In this document: piece after piece, positions 30,501-38,967 of the stretch
Layout of the letters: every line of letters begins with the position of its first letter
Position numbering within the stretch: position 1 is the first letter of the stretch
DNA from: Caldisericia bacterium
Lineage (GTDB): Bacteria; Caldisericota; Caldisericia; UBA6126
Length of the DNA stretch: 64,000 nucleotides
Assembly (NCBI GenBank): GCA_028700655.1
Contig: JAQVSG010000005.1
Coordinates: 1,702 to 65,701, forward strand
Reading direction: 5' to 3'
The notes under the pieces: model-generated
The model's input: the letters and a program-made list of their open reading frames with translations, nothing else
What the model was told of the DNA's origin: nothing
Databases searched by the model: none
Translations under genes and position numbers: made by a program

Positions 30501-30619
30501 TTATTGAAACGGCTGCTATTACAAATCCAGAAGAAGAAAAAATGTTGCAATCAGATAGTTTTCTTTCCTTAATTGCCGAAGGATTGTTAAAAGGTATAGA
30601 ATCCTATTTTCAGCAGTAA
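27578..30619 (+). CDS. Secreted multidomain N-acetylmuramoyl-L-alanine amidase (6x SH3b, AMIN-like, Cu-amine-oxidase-N-like, Amidase_3)
   Basis: It has a signal peptide and six repeats ending in W(Y/F)xI...GWVASWVV. A stalk-like segment follows (LYAPLKDIAQTIRGTISWD). The C-terminal Amidase_3 motifs are VIDPGHGS, ESAINLKISL and FISVHQNA. Confidence 0.85.
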   Translation: MKPIVHKSIGSKMTRIFLVVLLCISQCPLHSNAESLRYALISPIVNVRNATSTKGDIVYVIESPGEYLILQESKDAQGEIWYKIQIKDDIHGFVANWVVDSIRTAEKETPIEGLIVVIEPGVKIRTRPSLHAAIHYITSEQEEKQVFASMNDENNRKWYKIQMEDQQYAWVASWVVQTKSDTPDQKSATDKLIICDSVNVRKGPSVDYPVVYYISSHLETRGIAEETDSNGKIWYKIRLPNNIEGWVASWVVKVQNWSDQKQQVTNKICAIEPPVNIRSGPSTTASIITTVDRYGEFEILYQSKDMNGKLWYEIRIDKGTGWVASWVVRVKSTGDTNETLQAVNVRSGPGSVYDKVFEIPSGTNFTIQGSMKSTNGDVWFQVLMGGKTGWIFYESVRVSQPPTLPEMYLNQIVQTKTLSSTPTLFEGPGEAYKQVQMESFPSSIQISAIAKNNQDQCWFQCSINGSIAWIQEKWLELPLEKDSEETPSFQLQHIEWSEHTDSVNFTMSFANKGLVSYESYQLQNPHRNIIEIKNCLLQFPDDSTKDEVVLMVQKQGILTAHIFQFSVHPNIVRMVVESTTDVRFITERNDQSLVFRFMDYANYAGPKLTINGIQLENQLVLKEYKGHLYAPLKDIAQTIRGTISWDNVNQQAILQVGNTVYGFKADNKNVYIKSGREDRIDIQNPILSFNSLLYVPISDCDTIFNAHFYALGNHYYLDNALTKVSFDQKFNASIFSFHFSFPISHTISKEENRITLHIPNSTLSSTLQPPPDSEWIKANSFARTVDNQSEATIVLSTADKSQVESAFISTDNRLIVTLKPTSGKGLQNKFIVIDPGHGSFRDNDYYDTGGIGPTGLLESAINLKISLKLKALLEENGAKVFLTRDKEQDSASPSLKSRIELANASGADMFISVHQNASINHKVKGIQCFYWHASSKTMAEKISDSISKETGLGILQILQRKFAITNAITSMPSILIETAAITNPEEEKMLQSDSFLSLIAEGLLKGIESYFQQ
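27689..29010 (+). repeat. Six tandem SH3b-encoding coding repeats inside the amidase gene
   Basis: The peptide cores recur as WYKIQ..FVANWVV, WYKIQ..WVASWVV, WYKIR..WVASWVV, WYEIR..WVASWVV, WFQVL..GWIFYESV and WFQCS..AWIQEKWL. The DNA string tggtacaagattcaaat recurs near 27820 and 28050. Confidence 0.7.
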
Positions 30620-30660
30620 CTTGAAAACTTGGTTTTTTCTGTATAATAATATCACTGTAT

Positions 30661-30734
<74 letters not shown>

Positions 30735-30809
30735 TTTTTTCTTTTCATACTTATTCTTAAACCAGAAAACAACGTTATTCTTTTTTTACTTTTTTGATGG
30801 AGGTTTCGT

Positions 30810-32150
30810 ATGTTTGTTTTTCCCAAAGGCTTTTACGTGGATGTCCGAATCGAAACCATTTTTGAGACGACCATTCGTATTGCGCACAATGTTTTAGAAG
30901 ACCTGAAAGAAAAAGAATACCAAGCTGCCTTTATTCGTCTATTTGATGGCAAAATGTGGTACTATAGTTCAACAACAGATATGACGTCCATTCAAAAGGA
31001 AATCAATACTCTTGCTTCTGTAGGACATCCTTTTCCTGGTATTGAGAAACATCCTGTTGTGCAAAATTTTGAGGTTTACAACCTCCACCAGGAAGAGTTT
31101 TCTGGCCCAACTTCGGTAGGTTCGATCCCAAAGAAAACCAAATTAACTCTGCTTGAAGAATATTCTGACCTGCTCAATCACAACGAACACATTAAGCACT
31201 GGAAAAGTTACTATGTCGACAAACGAGAAGTCAAAGATTTCTACTCCTCGAAAGGATCTCAACTACATTTTGATTATGAAGATTCGGGTTTTGCACTCTA
31301 CTATGATATGGTTCATGGAGACGCAAAATTCTCTGACCGATTTGATACAAATGCCAGTTCTTTTGACAACTTACAAGGGCTTTCATCAAACATTCATAAA
31401 CATATCCTTGCATCCGATCGTTTTTTATGCGAATCAAAACCCGTTCAACAAGGTTCTTATACTACAGTTTTATCCCCCCTAGCAGCGGGAATTTTTGCAC
31501 ACGAAAGCTTTGGTCATAAAAGTGAATCGGATTTTATGGTTGGCGATGAAACCATGAAAAAAGAGTGGACAATAGGTAAACAAGTGGGTTCTCCGCTTTT
31601 GTCTATTATTGATACAGGAACCCTTCACGGAAAAGGCTATGTTCCATTTGATGATGAGGGTACAAAAGCAAAGATAAACTACCTCGTGAAAAAGGGTTTT
31701 TTGGAAGGTCGACTTCACAGCATTTCCACTGCTACAGCATTAAAAGAGTCTCCAACAGGGAATGCAAGAGCTATGAATTTTGAATTTGAGCCTATTGTTC
31801 GTATGACAACCACCTATATCGAAAAAGGGGATCTACCGTTTGACGAATTGCTTACAGATATCCACGAAGGGGTATATGTGGACACTGTTAAACACGGTTC
31901 CGGTATGTCCACGTTTACATTAGCACCAGCAAGAAGCTATATGATTCGAAAGGGCAAATTAGCAGAACCTGTACAAATATCCGTTATTACAGGCAATGTG
32001 TTCAAAACACTGAAGGATATTGAAGGATTGTCCAACTCATTGGAAACTCCTGGCTTTACTTTAGGTGGGTGTGGTAAAATGGAACAACATCCTTTACGAG
32101 TAAGTTTTGGAGGACCTGACGTTCGCATTAAACAACTGCATATCCAGTAG
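30810..32150 (+). CDS. tldD: TldD-family metalloprotease
   Basis: The HExxxH motif is present as HESFGH, and the C-terminus is glycine-rich (GGCGK). It is about 450 aa with SD ggagg upstream. Confidence 0.85.
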   Translation: MFVFPKGFYVDVRIETIFETTIRIAHNVLEDLKEKEYQAAFIRLFDGKMWYYSSTTDMTSIQKEINTLASVGHPFPGIEKHPVVQNFEVYNLHQEEFSGPTSVGSIPKKTKLTLLEEYSDLLNHNEHIKHWKSYYVDKREVKDFYSSKGSQLHFDYEDSGFALYYDMVHGDAKFSDRFDTNASSFDNLQGLSSNIHKHILASDRFLCESKPVQQGSYTTVLSPLAAGIFAHESFGHKSESDFMVGDETMKKEWTIGKQVGSPLLSIIDTGTLHGKGYVPFDDEGTKAKINYLVKKGFLEGRLHSISTATALKESPTGNARAMNFEFEPIVRMTTTYIEKGDLPFDELLTDIHEGVYVDTVKHGSGMSTFTLAPARSYMIRKGKLAEPVQISVITGNVFKTLKDIEGLSNSLETPGFTLGGCGKMEQHPLRVSFGGPDVRIKQLHIQ

Positions 32151-32158
32151 GAGTCAAG

Positions 32159-33397
32159 ATGATACGAGATATTTTAAAAAACCAAATTCAAGAAATCGCC
32201 ATCAATGTTCAGCAAAGTGAAATCGAATCCATTCGGAAAAAGGATATCGCAAAAACAGCCATTCGAGTGTACGATCAAGACTGTATTGGTATTGCATCTG
32301 GCATTGGCAAAATACAGGAAGAAATTCTTACAAAAAAAGCAAAAGAAGCCCTTGACCTTCACATATCGTATCCCGTTCCTCCTGAAAGTAATCATACAAA
32401 AACGATACAACCCGACCAGCTTCTTCTCTCAGAAGAAGAGTTTCTGCATGAAATGAGGGAATTGTTGAACGTTTTACGACAACAAAATCCTCAATTTACA
32501 TTTTCGAATAAGCTGATTCAACAAAGAGCTTCTCATTCATTAAACAACGATGTCGGTCTTTCGTTATCACACGCAATCGAATTTTATCGAATCAGCTTGT
32601 TAATCAATCATCAAGACTCTTCCAATTTGTTTGATGCTGCCATGGGATACCAAAGCAATCAATACAATCGCACCCTCTTGACAGATTACATTCACGAAAT
32701 ATGTACAGCATACAACAATCCTATTCCCGATTTTCAGGAGGGGAATTATCCCATTCTATTCGACAGCTCTGACCAAACATATTTGGGAAAACTCTACCAT
32801 GACCTACATGGACACATTTTTGCTACGGGTAGCTCTCTATTTTCAAACCGCCTCGGGGAATCCATATTCAACCCTCTCTTTTCTTTTTTCGTGACACGAT
32901 CCCCAAAGCATTTTTCTTCGCAACCATTCTTTGATCTAGAAGGCGTGTTTACGGAAGACTTCCTTGTCCCGCTCATCCAAAACGGCATCATGCAAACTCC
33001 CTATACCGACAAAAAAACAGCGCACAAATATCAATACCCCAACACAGCTTGCGGTGGTGGCTCCTACGACTCTGTTCCCACCATTGGAATCCCTCAAGCA
33101 TATGTCCCCTCGACGGGGAAAACAACCAAAGAAATTTTACAAGGAGAAAAAGGGATTGTAATTGTCATCGCTAGCGGAGGAGATTTTACGCCCGATGGAC
33201 ATTTTGCTACGCCAGTACAATTGGCATTTCTTTATGACGGAAATCATCTTGTTGGTAGACTTCCCCAGCTCTCACTCTCATCCGAACTCTACACTATGTT
33301 TGGAGATCATTTTATGGGAGTCAGCTCCAATCCACTCTTTCCTCTTGACGATAGTCGCCAAACAATCCTTCGGATGAATGTCAAAAAAATCGACTAA
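32159..33397 (+). CDS. pmbA: PmbA/TldE-family partner protein
   Basis: It has the same size class as TldD, lacks HExxxH and lies immediately downstream of tldD. A C-terminal ACGGG-type segment is present. Confidence 0.7.
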   Translation: MIRDILKNQIQEIAINVQQSEIESIRKKDIAKTAIRVYDQDCIGIASGIGKIQEEILTKKAKEALDLHISYPVPPESNHTKTIQPDQLLLSEEEFLHEMRELLNVLRQQNPQFTFSNKLIQQRASHSLNNDVGLSLSHAIEFYRISLLINHQDSSNLFDAAMGYQSNQYNRTLLTDYIHEICTAYNNPIPDFQEGNYPILFDSSDQTYLGKLYHDLHGHIFATGSSLFSNRLGESIFNPLFSFFVTRSPKHFSSQPFFDLEGVFTEDFLVPLIQNGIMQTPYTDKKTAHKYQYPNTACGGGSYDSVPTIGIPQAYVPSTGKTTKEILQGEKGIVIVIASGGDFTPDGHFATPVQLAFLYDGNHLVGRLPQLSLSSELYTMFGDHFMGVSSNPLFPLDDSRQTILRMNVKKID

Positions 33398-33474
33398 CAC
33401 ACTTCATCCCTATAGGTTCTTCTTTTTCTATCGATCTTTATGGAAAATCATAAAGAATTTCGTATGATGAATCC

Positions 33475-34677
33475 ATGAAAATTGACAAGAATCGAATAGG
33501 AAATTCATTTTTGAATGCCGGTATCGAGATCGGTTTTTACACCTCCATTCTCACACTTCTTTTTATTACAAAACTACCACTTTATTATCAAGGATTAGGA
33601 GCCAGCATATCTATTTTTTTTTGGCTTTCAAAATGCCTTTTCAACCAAAAATGGATCTACAAACACTATCCATGGCACTGGACTGAACTTCTTTTATGTG
33701 GCTGGATCTGGATTGGTCTTGCCTGGTCTGTACAACCCTCGCAAACGATACTGCAAGGAATTATATTTACCTCTGGTTGCACCATTGAAGTATTATTGGT
33801 TTCCGTTTTCACCAAAAAACAACAAGTGTTGCGAATTCTTTTCTTTCTATTTCTTCTTCTTACTATATATGCTCTCTATTTTCTCCATCTCCATTGGAAC
33901 GATCTTTCTCCTTTGCTGCAAATTGATACCGTATGGCGGTCACAGTTAGAAGTTACAGGAGTAGAAATCAATTTTGGTACCCCAATAGGAGGAAGAAATT
34001 CCTTGGGGGGGTTGTATTCTTTGCTTGCCCCATTCACCTTTTCGATTGCCTTTTTTGGGATCCGGTGGAACCATGTGCGGACTCGTTCTTGGATATTTTT
34101 TATCATCAAGCCTATTTTTGTATGTTTTTCTATTCTTTTCTTTGCCATGGTTGTTTTTTCAGGTTCGCGAGGTTCTTCTATTGGTATGATAAGCGGATTG
34201 ATCTGTTTGGTGCTATCGTATTTGGAATGGTGGTGGACGTTAATTGCTGTGTATTCAACAGCCTTCCTTGTTGCCATTCCTTCATCTCGTAATTGGTTTG
34301 TGCGAATTCTTATGGATACTTTATCTGGAGACATGTCCCGAATTCTTATTTGGCAAAACAGTGTTGCGCTTTTTAAACTGCTATGGATTGGTGGCACAGG
34401 GCTAGGAACATTTCAACATGTGTATAAAGAATTCTTTCCACCGCAGACTCAAAATGCATTTATTCATGCTCACAACATCTTTTTTAATGTAGGCATCGAA
34501 CTAGGACTTATAGGTGTTATTTTATTCTCTGTTCTAGCACTACAACTCATTTTCTATGGAATAGCCTTGGGGCGAAAGAATCGTTTCTCCCATCCATTTT
34601 ATGCCAGTATTCAAATTGGACTTGCTTCCATGGTGTTTGGATATCTTGTTCGATGTTTATTTGACTATACGATATAA
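33475..34677 (+). CDS. O-antigen ligase / Wzy_C-family polytopic membrane protein
   Basis: It has 10 or more predicted TM helices. A central loop-plus-helix region (SGSRGSSIGMISGL) and the late HAHNIFFNVGIELGLIG motif are typical of the O-antigen ligase family. Confidence 0.7.
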   Translation: MKIDKNRIGNSFLNAGIEIGFYTSILTLLFITKLPLYYQGLGASISIFFWLSKCLFNQKWIYKHYPWHWTELLLCGWIWIGLAWSVQPSQTILQGIIFTSGCTIEVLLVSVFTKKQQVLRILFFLFLLLTIYALYFLHLHWNDLSPLLQIDTVWRSQLEVTGVEINFGTPIGGRNSLGGLYSLLAPFTFSIAFFGIRWNHVRTRSWIFFIIKPIFVCFSILFFAMVVFSGSRGSSIGMISGLICLVLSYLEWWWTLIAVYSTAFLVAIPSSRNWFVRILMDTLSGDMSRILIWQNSVALFKLLWIGGTGLGTFQHVYKEFFPPQTQNAFIHAHNIFFNVGIELGLIGVILFSVLALQLIFYGIALGRKNRFSHPFYASIQIGLASMVFGYLVRCLFDYTI

Positions 34678-34733
34678 TAGTATTGTGTGGTTTCTAAAAC
34701 CAACTGTGTTCAAAATCGTTGTTGGAGGCTTTT

Positions 34734-35453
34734 ATGACTATAAAAGAACAGCTGATTGTCAGTTTAGATTTTCCGGACATCCAACAAGCTCGATCTTTAA
34801 TGCACCTTCTTTCTGACGATGTAATATTCTATAAAATTGGCCTTCAAATGTATCTAAAATATGGTTCTTCTATCGTAGAAGAATGGAAAAAAGCTGGGAA
34901 AAAAGTATTCCTTGATCTAAAACTTTCAGATATTCCGAATACTGTTTCCAGTGCACTGCTTTCTTTGCAACCCCTAGAAGTCGATATGGTGAATATGCAT
35001 GCACTATCTGGGATGAACTGTATGAAAGTCGCCGCAGAAACAATTCAGTCTCATATGCCCAACACACGGTTAATTGCCGTAACCGTTCTGACTTCTTTAG
35101 ACGAAAATGAACTTACTGCCATTGGTATCACCAATTCTCCTCAACGGCAAGTTGAAACACTTTGTAGATTGGCATTCCAAGCAGGCCTATCGGGTGTAGT
35201 ATCCTCTGCATGGGAAGCACCTCAAGTAAAATCTATTTGTGGGCCTACTTTTATCACGGTTTGTCCGGGTATTCGCAGAAGCAGTGATCAAACAAACGAT
35301 CAAATCCGTATTATGACACCCCAAAAAGCCATTCTTAATGGGGCTGATTACCTTGTTGTTGGAAGGCCCATCCTTCAATCCAATGATCCAAAACAAGCTG
35401 CCATATCCATTCTTAAGGATATTGAAATGGCACATAATAGAGGTAATTCATGA
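34734..35453 (+). CDS. pyrF: Orotidine 5'-phosphate decarboxylase
   Basis: LIVSLDF, FLDLKLSDIPNT and VVGRPI are present. The ATG at 34734 follows SD ggagg. Confidence 0.9.
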   Translation: MTIKEQLIVSLDFPDIQQARSLMHLLSDDVIFYKIGLQMYLKYGSSIVEEWKKAGKKVFLDLKLSDIPNTVSSALLSLQPLEVDMVNMHALSGMNCMKVAAETIQSHMPNTRLIAVTVLTSLDENELTAIGITNSPQRQVETLCRLAFQAGLSGVVSSAWEAPQVKSICGPTFITVCPGIRRSSDQTNDQIRIMTPQKAILNGADYLVVGRPILQSNDPKQAAISILKDIEMAHNRGNS

Positions 35454-36028
35454 GACAAGATGAAGTTGTAAAACTCTTTGAACAGATTGGTGTTATGAAA
35501 AAAGGTCATTTTCGATTATCGTCTGGACTCCATTCCGATACTTATCTACAATGTGCATCGTTGCAGCAGTATCCTCAACACAATGCAGTGATATGCAATA
35601 TCATAGCAGATCAAATCCGTTCTTTCCAACCTACACTTATTATTGGTGCTGCCGTAGGGGGTATTATTTCTTGTTATGAACTAGCAAGACAGTTGAATGC
35701 ACGTTGCATTTTTGCAGAGAGAGATCAAGGAGAACTGGTGTTTCGGCGATCTTTTTATATAAAACCCACAGATCGCATTATAGTGGTGGAAGATGTTGTT
35801 ACTACTGGTAAAACAACGAAAGAGCTTTTAGCATTGATTGAAAAATACCATGTTTCACCCCTGGCTCTTTGTAGTCTCGTTGACAGAAGTATGGGCAAAG
35901 TAGAGTTTTCCCATCCTCTTTTTTCTGTTTTAAAGGTAGAAGCACATACATGGGAACCCGATGTTTGTCCCCTATGTGAATCGGGCATGGAGCTTACACA
36001 ACCTGGCTCGAGACATCTTCATAAATAA
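35450..36028 (+). CDS. pyrE: Orotate phosphoribosyltransferase
   Basis: The PRPP-binding motif IIVVEDVVTTGKT is present. It is joined to pyrF by an ATGA overlap. Confidence 0.85.
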   Translation: MRQDEVVKLFEQIGVMKKGHFRLSSGLHSDTYLQCASLQQYPQHNAVICNIIADQIRSFQPTLIIGAAVGGIISCYELARQLNARCIFAERDQGELVFRRSFYIKPTDRIIVVEDVVTTGKTTKELLALIEKYHVSPLALCSLVDRSMGKVEFSHPLFSVLKVEAHTWEPDVCPLCESGMELTQPGSRHLHK

Positions 36029-36034
36029 CAATTC

Positions 36035-36736
36035 ATGAACATACAAACCATCCCGTTACAAGTTACCTTACTTAACCCTCCTTCCTTTCCTCTACAAATC
36101 ATTGCAGACAGCGCTCGTATAACGAGGGGTATCGAGGAAAGTCATTATACAGATCAAGATTATTTTCACCTTTTATACAAATTGGGTCATCATAGTGTCA
36201 TGGAGCATCTATGTCTTTCTTTTCGGATTGAAGGCATCTCACGTGCTTGTTCACACCAATTGGTTCGATTTCGTATTGGGGTCAGCTTCACACAAAGAAG
36301 TCAACGGTATACCAATGAATCCCATTTGCAAATTATTACCCCTCCCAGTATTGAAAAAGATTCTTCAACCCATATTTCGTATATGAAAGCAATGGAGCAA
36401 ATGCAAGAATTGTATTGTCATCTCTTAAAAACCGGAATCCCAAAAGAAGATGCCCGTTTTATTCTTCCCAATGCTGCCGCTACATCTATTATTATGACAA
36501 TGAATTTTCGCGAATTGATGCATGCTTGTCATTTACGTTTGTGCACAAAAGCTCAATGGGAAATTCAACGACTCTTTCAAACCGTTAAACAAGAGGTTCA
36601 TCACTATTCCCCCTTCTTGGCCCGTTATTTACAACCAAAATGCGTTTTTCAGGGTCATTGCACCGAAGCAAGACCCTGCAAAACGGAAACACAAATACAA
36701 GAAGAATGGTCCCAATTACAAAATGAAATTTTTTAG
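36035..36736 (+). CDS. thyX: FAD-dependent thymidylate synthase ThyX
   Basis: HHSVMEH is present, and the ThyX motif region reads SHQLVRFRIGVSFTQRSQRY. This is RFR where the consensus is RHR. Confidence 0.85.
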   Translation: MNIQTIPLQVTLLNPPSFPLQIIADSARITRGIEESHYTDQDYFHLLYKLGHHSVMEHLCLSFRIEGISRACSHQLVRFRIGVSFTQRSQRYTNESHLQIITPPSIEKDSSTHISYMKAMEQMQELYCHLLKTGIPKEDARFILPNAAATSIIMTMNFRELMHACHLRLCTKAQWEIQRLFQTVKQEVHHYSPFLARYLQPKCVFQGHCTEARPCKTETQIQEEWSQLQNEIF

Positions 36737-36807
36737 TTTTCTGCAATTGTTATTAATTTGTCATGATTTTCTATGAAAATAAGTTCAAAATTTGTATACT
36801 GTAGCCG

Positions 36808-37170
36808 ATGAAAATTAATGAAATATGCAAAACTGTAGATGCGGAAATCTTACAAAGTAAGGGCCGCTTACATATTGATATTCATACTGCTTTTGCGGCG
36901 GATCTCATGAGCGATACTCTATTTATCATCATGAGAGATGAAGACCCTTTGCTACTTATCACTGGGGTCACTAACTTATCCGTTGTCAGAACCGCATCTA
37001 TTCTTGATATTCCCGCTGTTATGATTGTTCGAGGGAAAAATGTTCCTCCCGAAACAATCCAACTTGCTGAACAAAATGAGATTGTATTGCTTCGATCAAA
37101 ACATATCATGTTTGTCGTATGTGGCTTGCTTTATAAAGCTGGGATTCAGGGTGTTTCATGGGAAATGTAA
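36808..37170 (+). CDS. DRTGG-domain protein (hydrogenase-operon associated), copy 1
   Basis: At 120 aa, AADLMSDTL...LLITGVTNLSVVRTASILDIPAVMIV...FVVCGLLYKAGI fits the small DRTGG proteins found beside multimeric [FeFe]-hydrogenase genes in Thermoanaerobacter-type clusters. Confidence 0.65.
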   Translation: MKINEICKTVDAEILQSKGRLHIDIHTAFAADLMSDTLFIIMRDEDPLLLITGVTNLSVVRTASILDIPAVMIVRGKNVPPETIQLAEQNEIVLLRSKHIMFVVCGLLYKAGIQGVSWEM

Positions 37171-37610
37171 GTGTCAGCGAATTGCGTTATATAGTTGGCC
37201 CAAGCTCTTACGACAGCGTGGGCAGCAAAGCAATGAAAGTAAAAAAATTCCTGCAGGATTATTTCCCAAGTCAGGATTATCTCCGAAGACTTGGTGTTTG
37301 TGTTTTTGAAGCCGAAGCCAATTTAGCGATACATACAACCTCTGGCGGTGACTTATTGATTGTCATCTATAACAACCGAGTCAAGGTGGTTGCACAAGAT
37401 ACTGGACCTGGTATCCCTGATATTGATAAAGCTTTAACACCCGGTTTTACTACAGCTCCTGAAATGGCTAGACAACTAGGTTTTGGTGGTGGTGTTGGTT
37501 TGAATAACATTAAAAGATTTGCAGATAGTTTTTGGCTCGAAAGTCTAAAACGTGGTACTACACTAGTATTTGAGGTATGGAATGATGACTCTACGCAATT
37601 TGATTACTAA
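37158..37610 (+). CDS. RsbW/SpoIIAB-like anti-sigma-type Ser/Thr kinase ATPase (HATPase_c only)
   Basis: At 150 aa, it has N-box-like EAEANLAIH, G1 QDTGPGI and G2 GFGGGVGL. It overlaps the flanking genes on both sides. Confidence 0.7.
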   Translation: MGNVSVSELRYIVGPSSYDSVGSKAMKVKKFLQDYFPSQDYLRRLGVCVFEAEANLAIHTTSGGDLLIVIYNNRVKVVAQDTGPGIPDIDKALTPGFTTAPEMARQLGFGGGVGLNNIKRFADSFWLESLKRGTTLVFEVWNDDSTQFDY

Positions 37611-37923
37611 ACTCCCCTTCCAAGTTCTCACGAATAAATGCAATTTTGATGTTTCTTTCCAAAACGTATATGCATCTGACTTGTTAAGTAATGCGTTAGC
37701 ATCTGTCAATCCAGAAACAGCCTGGATTACAGTTCAAGTCCATCAGAATATACTAGGAATTGCCTCTATAAAACAATGTCCTGTTGTCATTTTTTCAGAG
37801 GGGGCAGTACCAGACGATTCCGTTATCTCTCTTGCAGAAGAAAAAGATATTTTTTTGTTAACAAGTTCGTACCCGACTTTTGAATTGTCGGGTTTATTAT
37901 ATCGTCTACTTAAGGAGGAATAG
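37582..37923 (+). CDS. DRTGG-domain protein, copy 2
   Basis: YASDLLSNALA...AWITVQVHQNILGIASIKQCPVVIF...TFELSGLLYRL is present. The ATG at 37582 follows gagg, and the TTG at 37570 was rejected. Confidence 0.62.
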   Translation: MMTLRNLITKLPFQVLTNKCNFDVSFQNVYASDLLSNALASVNPETAWITVQVHQNILGIASIKQCPVVIFSEGAVPDDSVISLAEEKDIFLLTSSYPTFELSGLLYRLLKEE

Positions 37924-37924
37924 T

Positions 37925-38407
37925 GTGGAAAGTCAAATCCAACAAACACTTCATTTTCCGCAAATTGATCGTGTAATTCGTCGTGAAGGTAATTCACCAG
38001 AGGCTCTGATTCAAATTTTGCACGGCACACAAGAAATTTTGGGATATCTTCCCGAAGAAGCACAACTGTACATTGCCCAACAACTTAAAATCCCCCCCAC
38101 AAAGGTGTATGGTATTGTTTCTTTTTACAATTTTTTCACTATGAAAAAAGCTGCTCAGCATGTAATTTCTGTTTGTATGGGAACAGCTTGCTATGTAAAA
38201 GGATCTGGTTTGCTCATGAAAAAACTACAAGAACTCCTGGGCACAAAAGCAGGGGAAACAACAGAAGATGGAAGATTTTCGTATCGAGAAGTTCGATGTC
38301 TTGGTGCCTGTGGTATGGCTCCTTTGATAAGTGTTGATGGCGACATCTATGGGAGAACCACACCCGATGCATTGCCAGAAATATTGCAAAAGTATACCGA
38401 TCAATGA
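37925..38407 (+). CDS. NuoE-like [2Fe-2S] subunit (HydC-type), module 1
   Basis: The GTG start follows aaggagg. Cys ligands are CMGTAC and CLGACGMAP, and the N-terminus is NuoE-like (ALIQILHGTQEILGYLP). Confidence 0.85.
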   Translation: MESQIQQTLHFPQIDRVIRREGNSPEALIQILHGTQEILGYLPEEAQLYIAQQLKIPPTKVYGIVSFYNFFTMKKAAQHVISVCMGTACYVKGSGLLMKKLQELLGTKAGETTEDGRFSYREVRCLGACGMAPLISVDGDIYGRTTPDALPEILQKYTDQ

Positions 38408-38967
38408 AAGAACTCTCTCTAAATATCCTCGATATTTTAGAAAATTCGATTCACGCAGGTGCATCCGATATAACCCTATCCATTGAAGAAGACACCTCTG
38501 AAAAAGATCGTTTGTTCTTTTCAATCCAGGACAATGGAAAAGGAATGGATCCTGCCTTTTTAAAAACAGTGTTTGATCCCTTTACAACCACAAGTACAAC
38601 AAAAAAAGTGGGGCTTGGTCTTCCTCTCCTTAAAGCTGAAGCTGAAATGGCTGGTGGAGGAGCGAAGATAACAAGTGAAAAGGGGGAAGGAACCATTGTT
38701 TCTTTTTGGTTCCAGTATTCTCATTGGGATCGTCCCCCCATAGGCGATATTGCAGGGACGGTGTTGATCATGTTTATGGTTCATTCCGCGGTGGAATTCT
38801 CATATTTTCACCGTGTCAATGAATACTCATTCTCGGTTTCCACCAAACAGCTCAAAGAGGTATTTGATGATGTCCCTCTTAATCATCCTACCGCTGTGAA
38901 AGGAATCCAGGAATATTTGACCACGTCTATTCAAAATTTACACGGAGGTAAGAATGGCCAAGATTAG
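38404..38967 (+). CDS. Stand-alone histidine-kinase-type ATPase domain protein (HATPase_c)
   Basis: It starts with an ATGA overlap. N box ILENSIHAG, G1 QDNGKGM and G2 GLGLPL are present. There is no DHp/His domain and no TM helix. Confidence 0.7.
   Translation: MKELSLNILDILENSIHAGASDITLSIEEDTSEKDRLFFSIQDNGKGMDPAFLKTVFDPFTTTSTTKKVGLGLPLLKAEAEMAGGGAKITSEKGEGTIVSFWFQYSHWDRPPIGDIAGTVLIMFMVHSAVEFSYFHRVNEYSFSVSTKQLKEVFDDVPLNHPTAVKGIQEYLTTSIQNLHGGKNGQD

Noticed and set aside
33876-34397. 173-aa antisense ORF inside the O-antigen ligase gene
   Set aside because: It lies entirely within a well-supported polytopic membrane CDS on the opposite strand. It has no SD and no recognisable motif. It is typical of shadow ORFs opposite codon-biased AT-rich genes.
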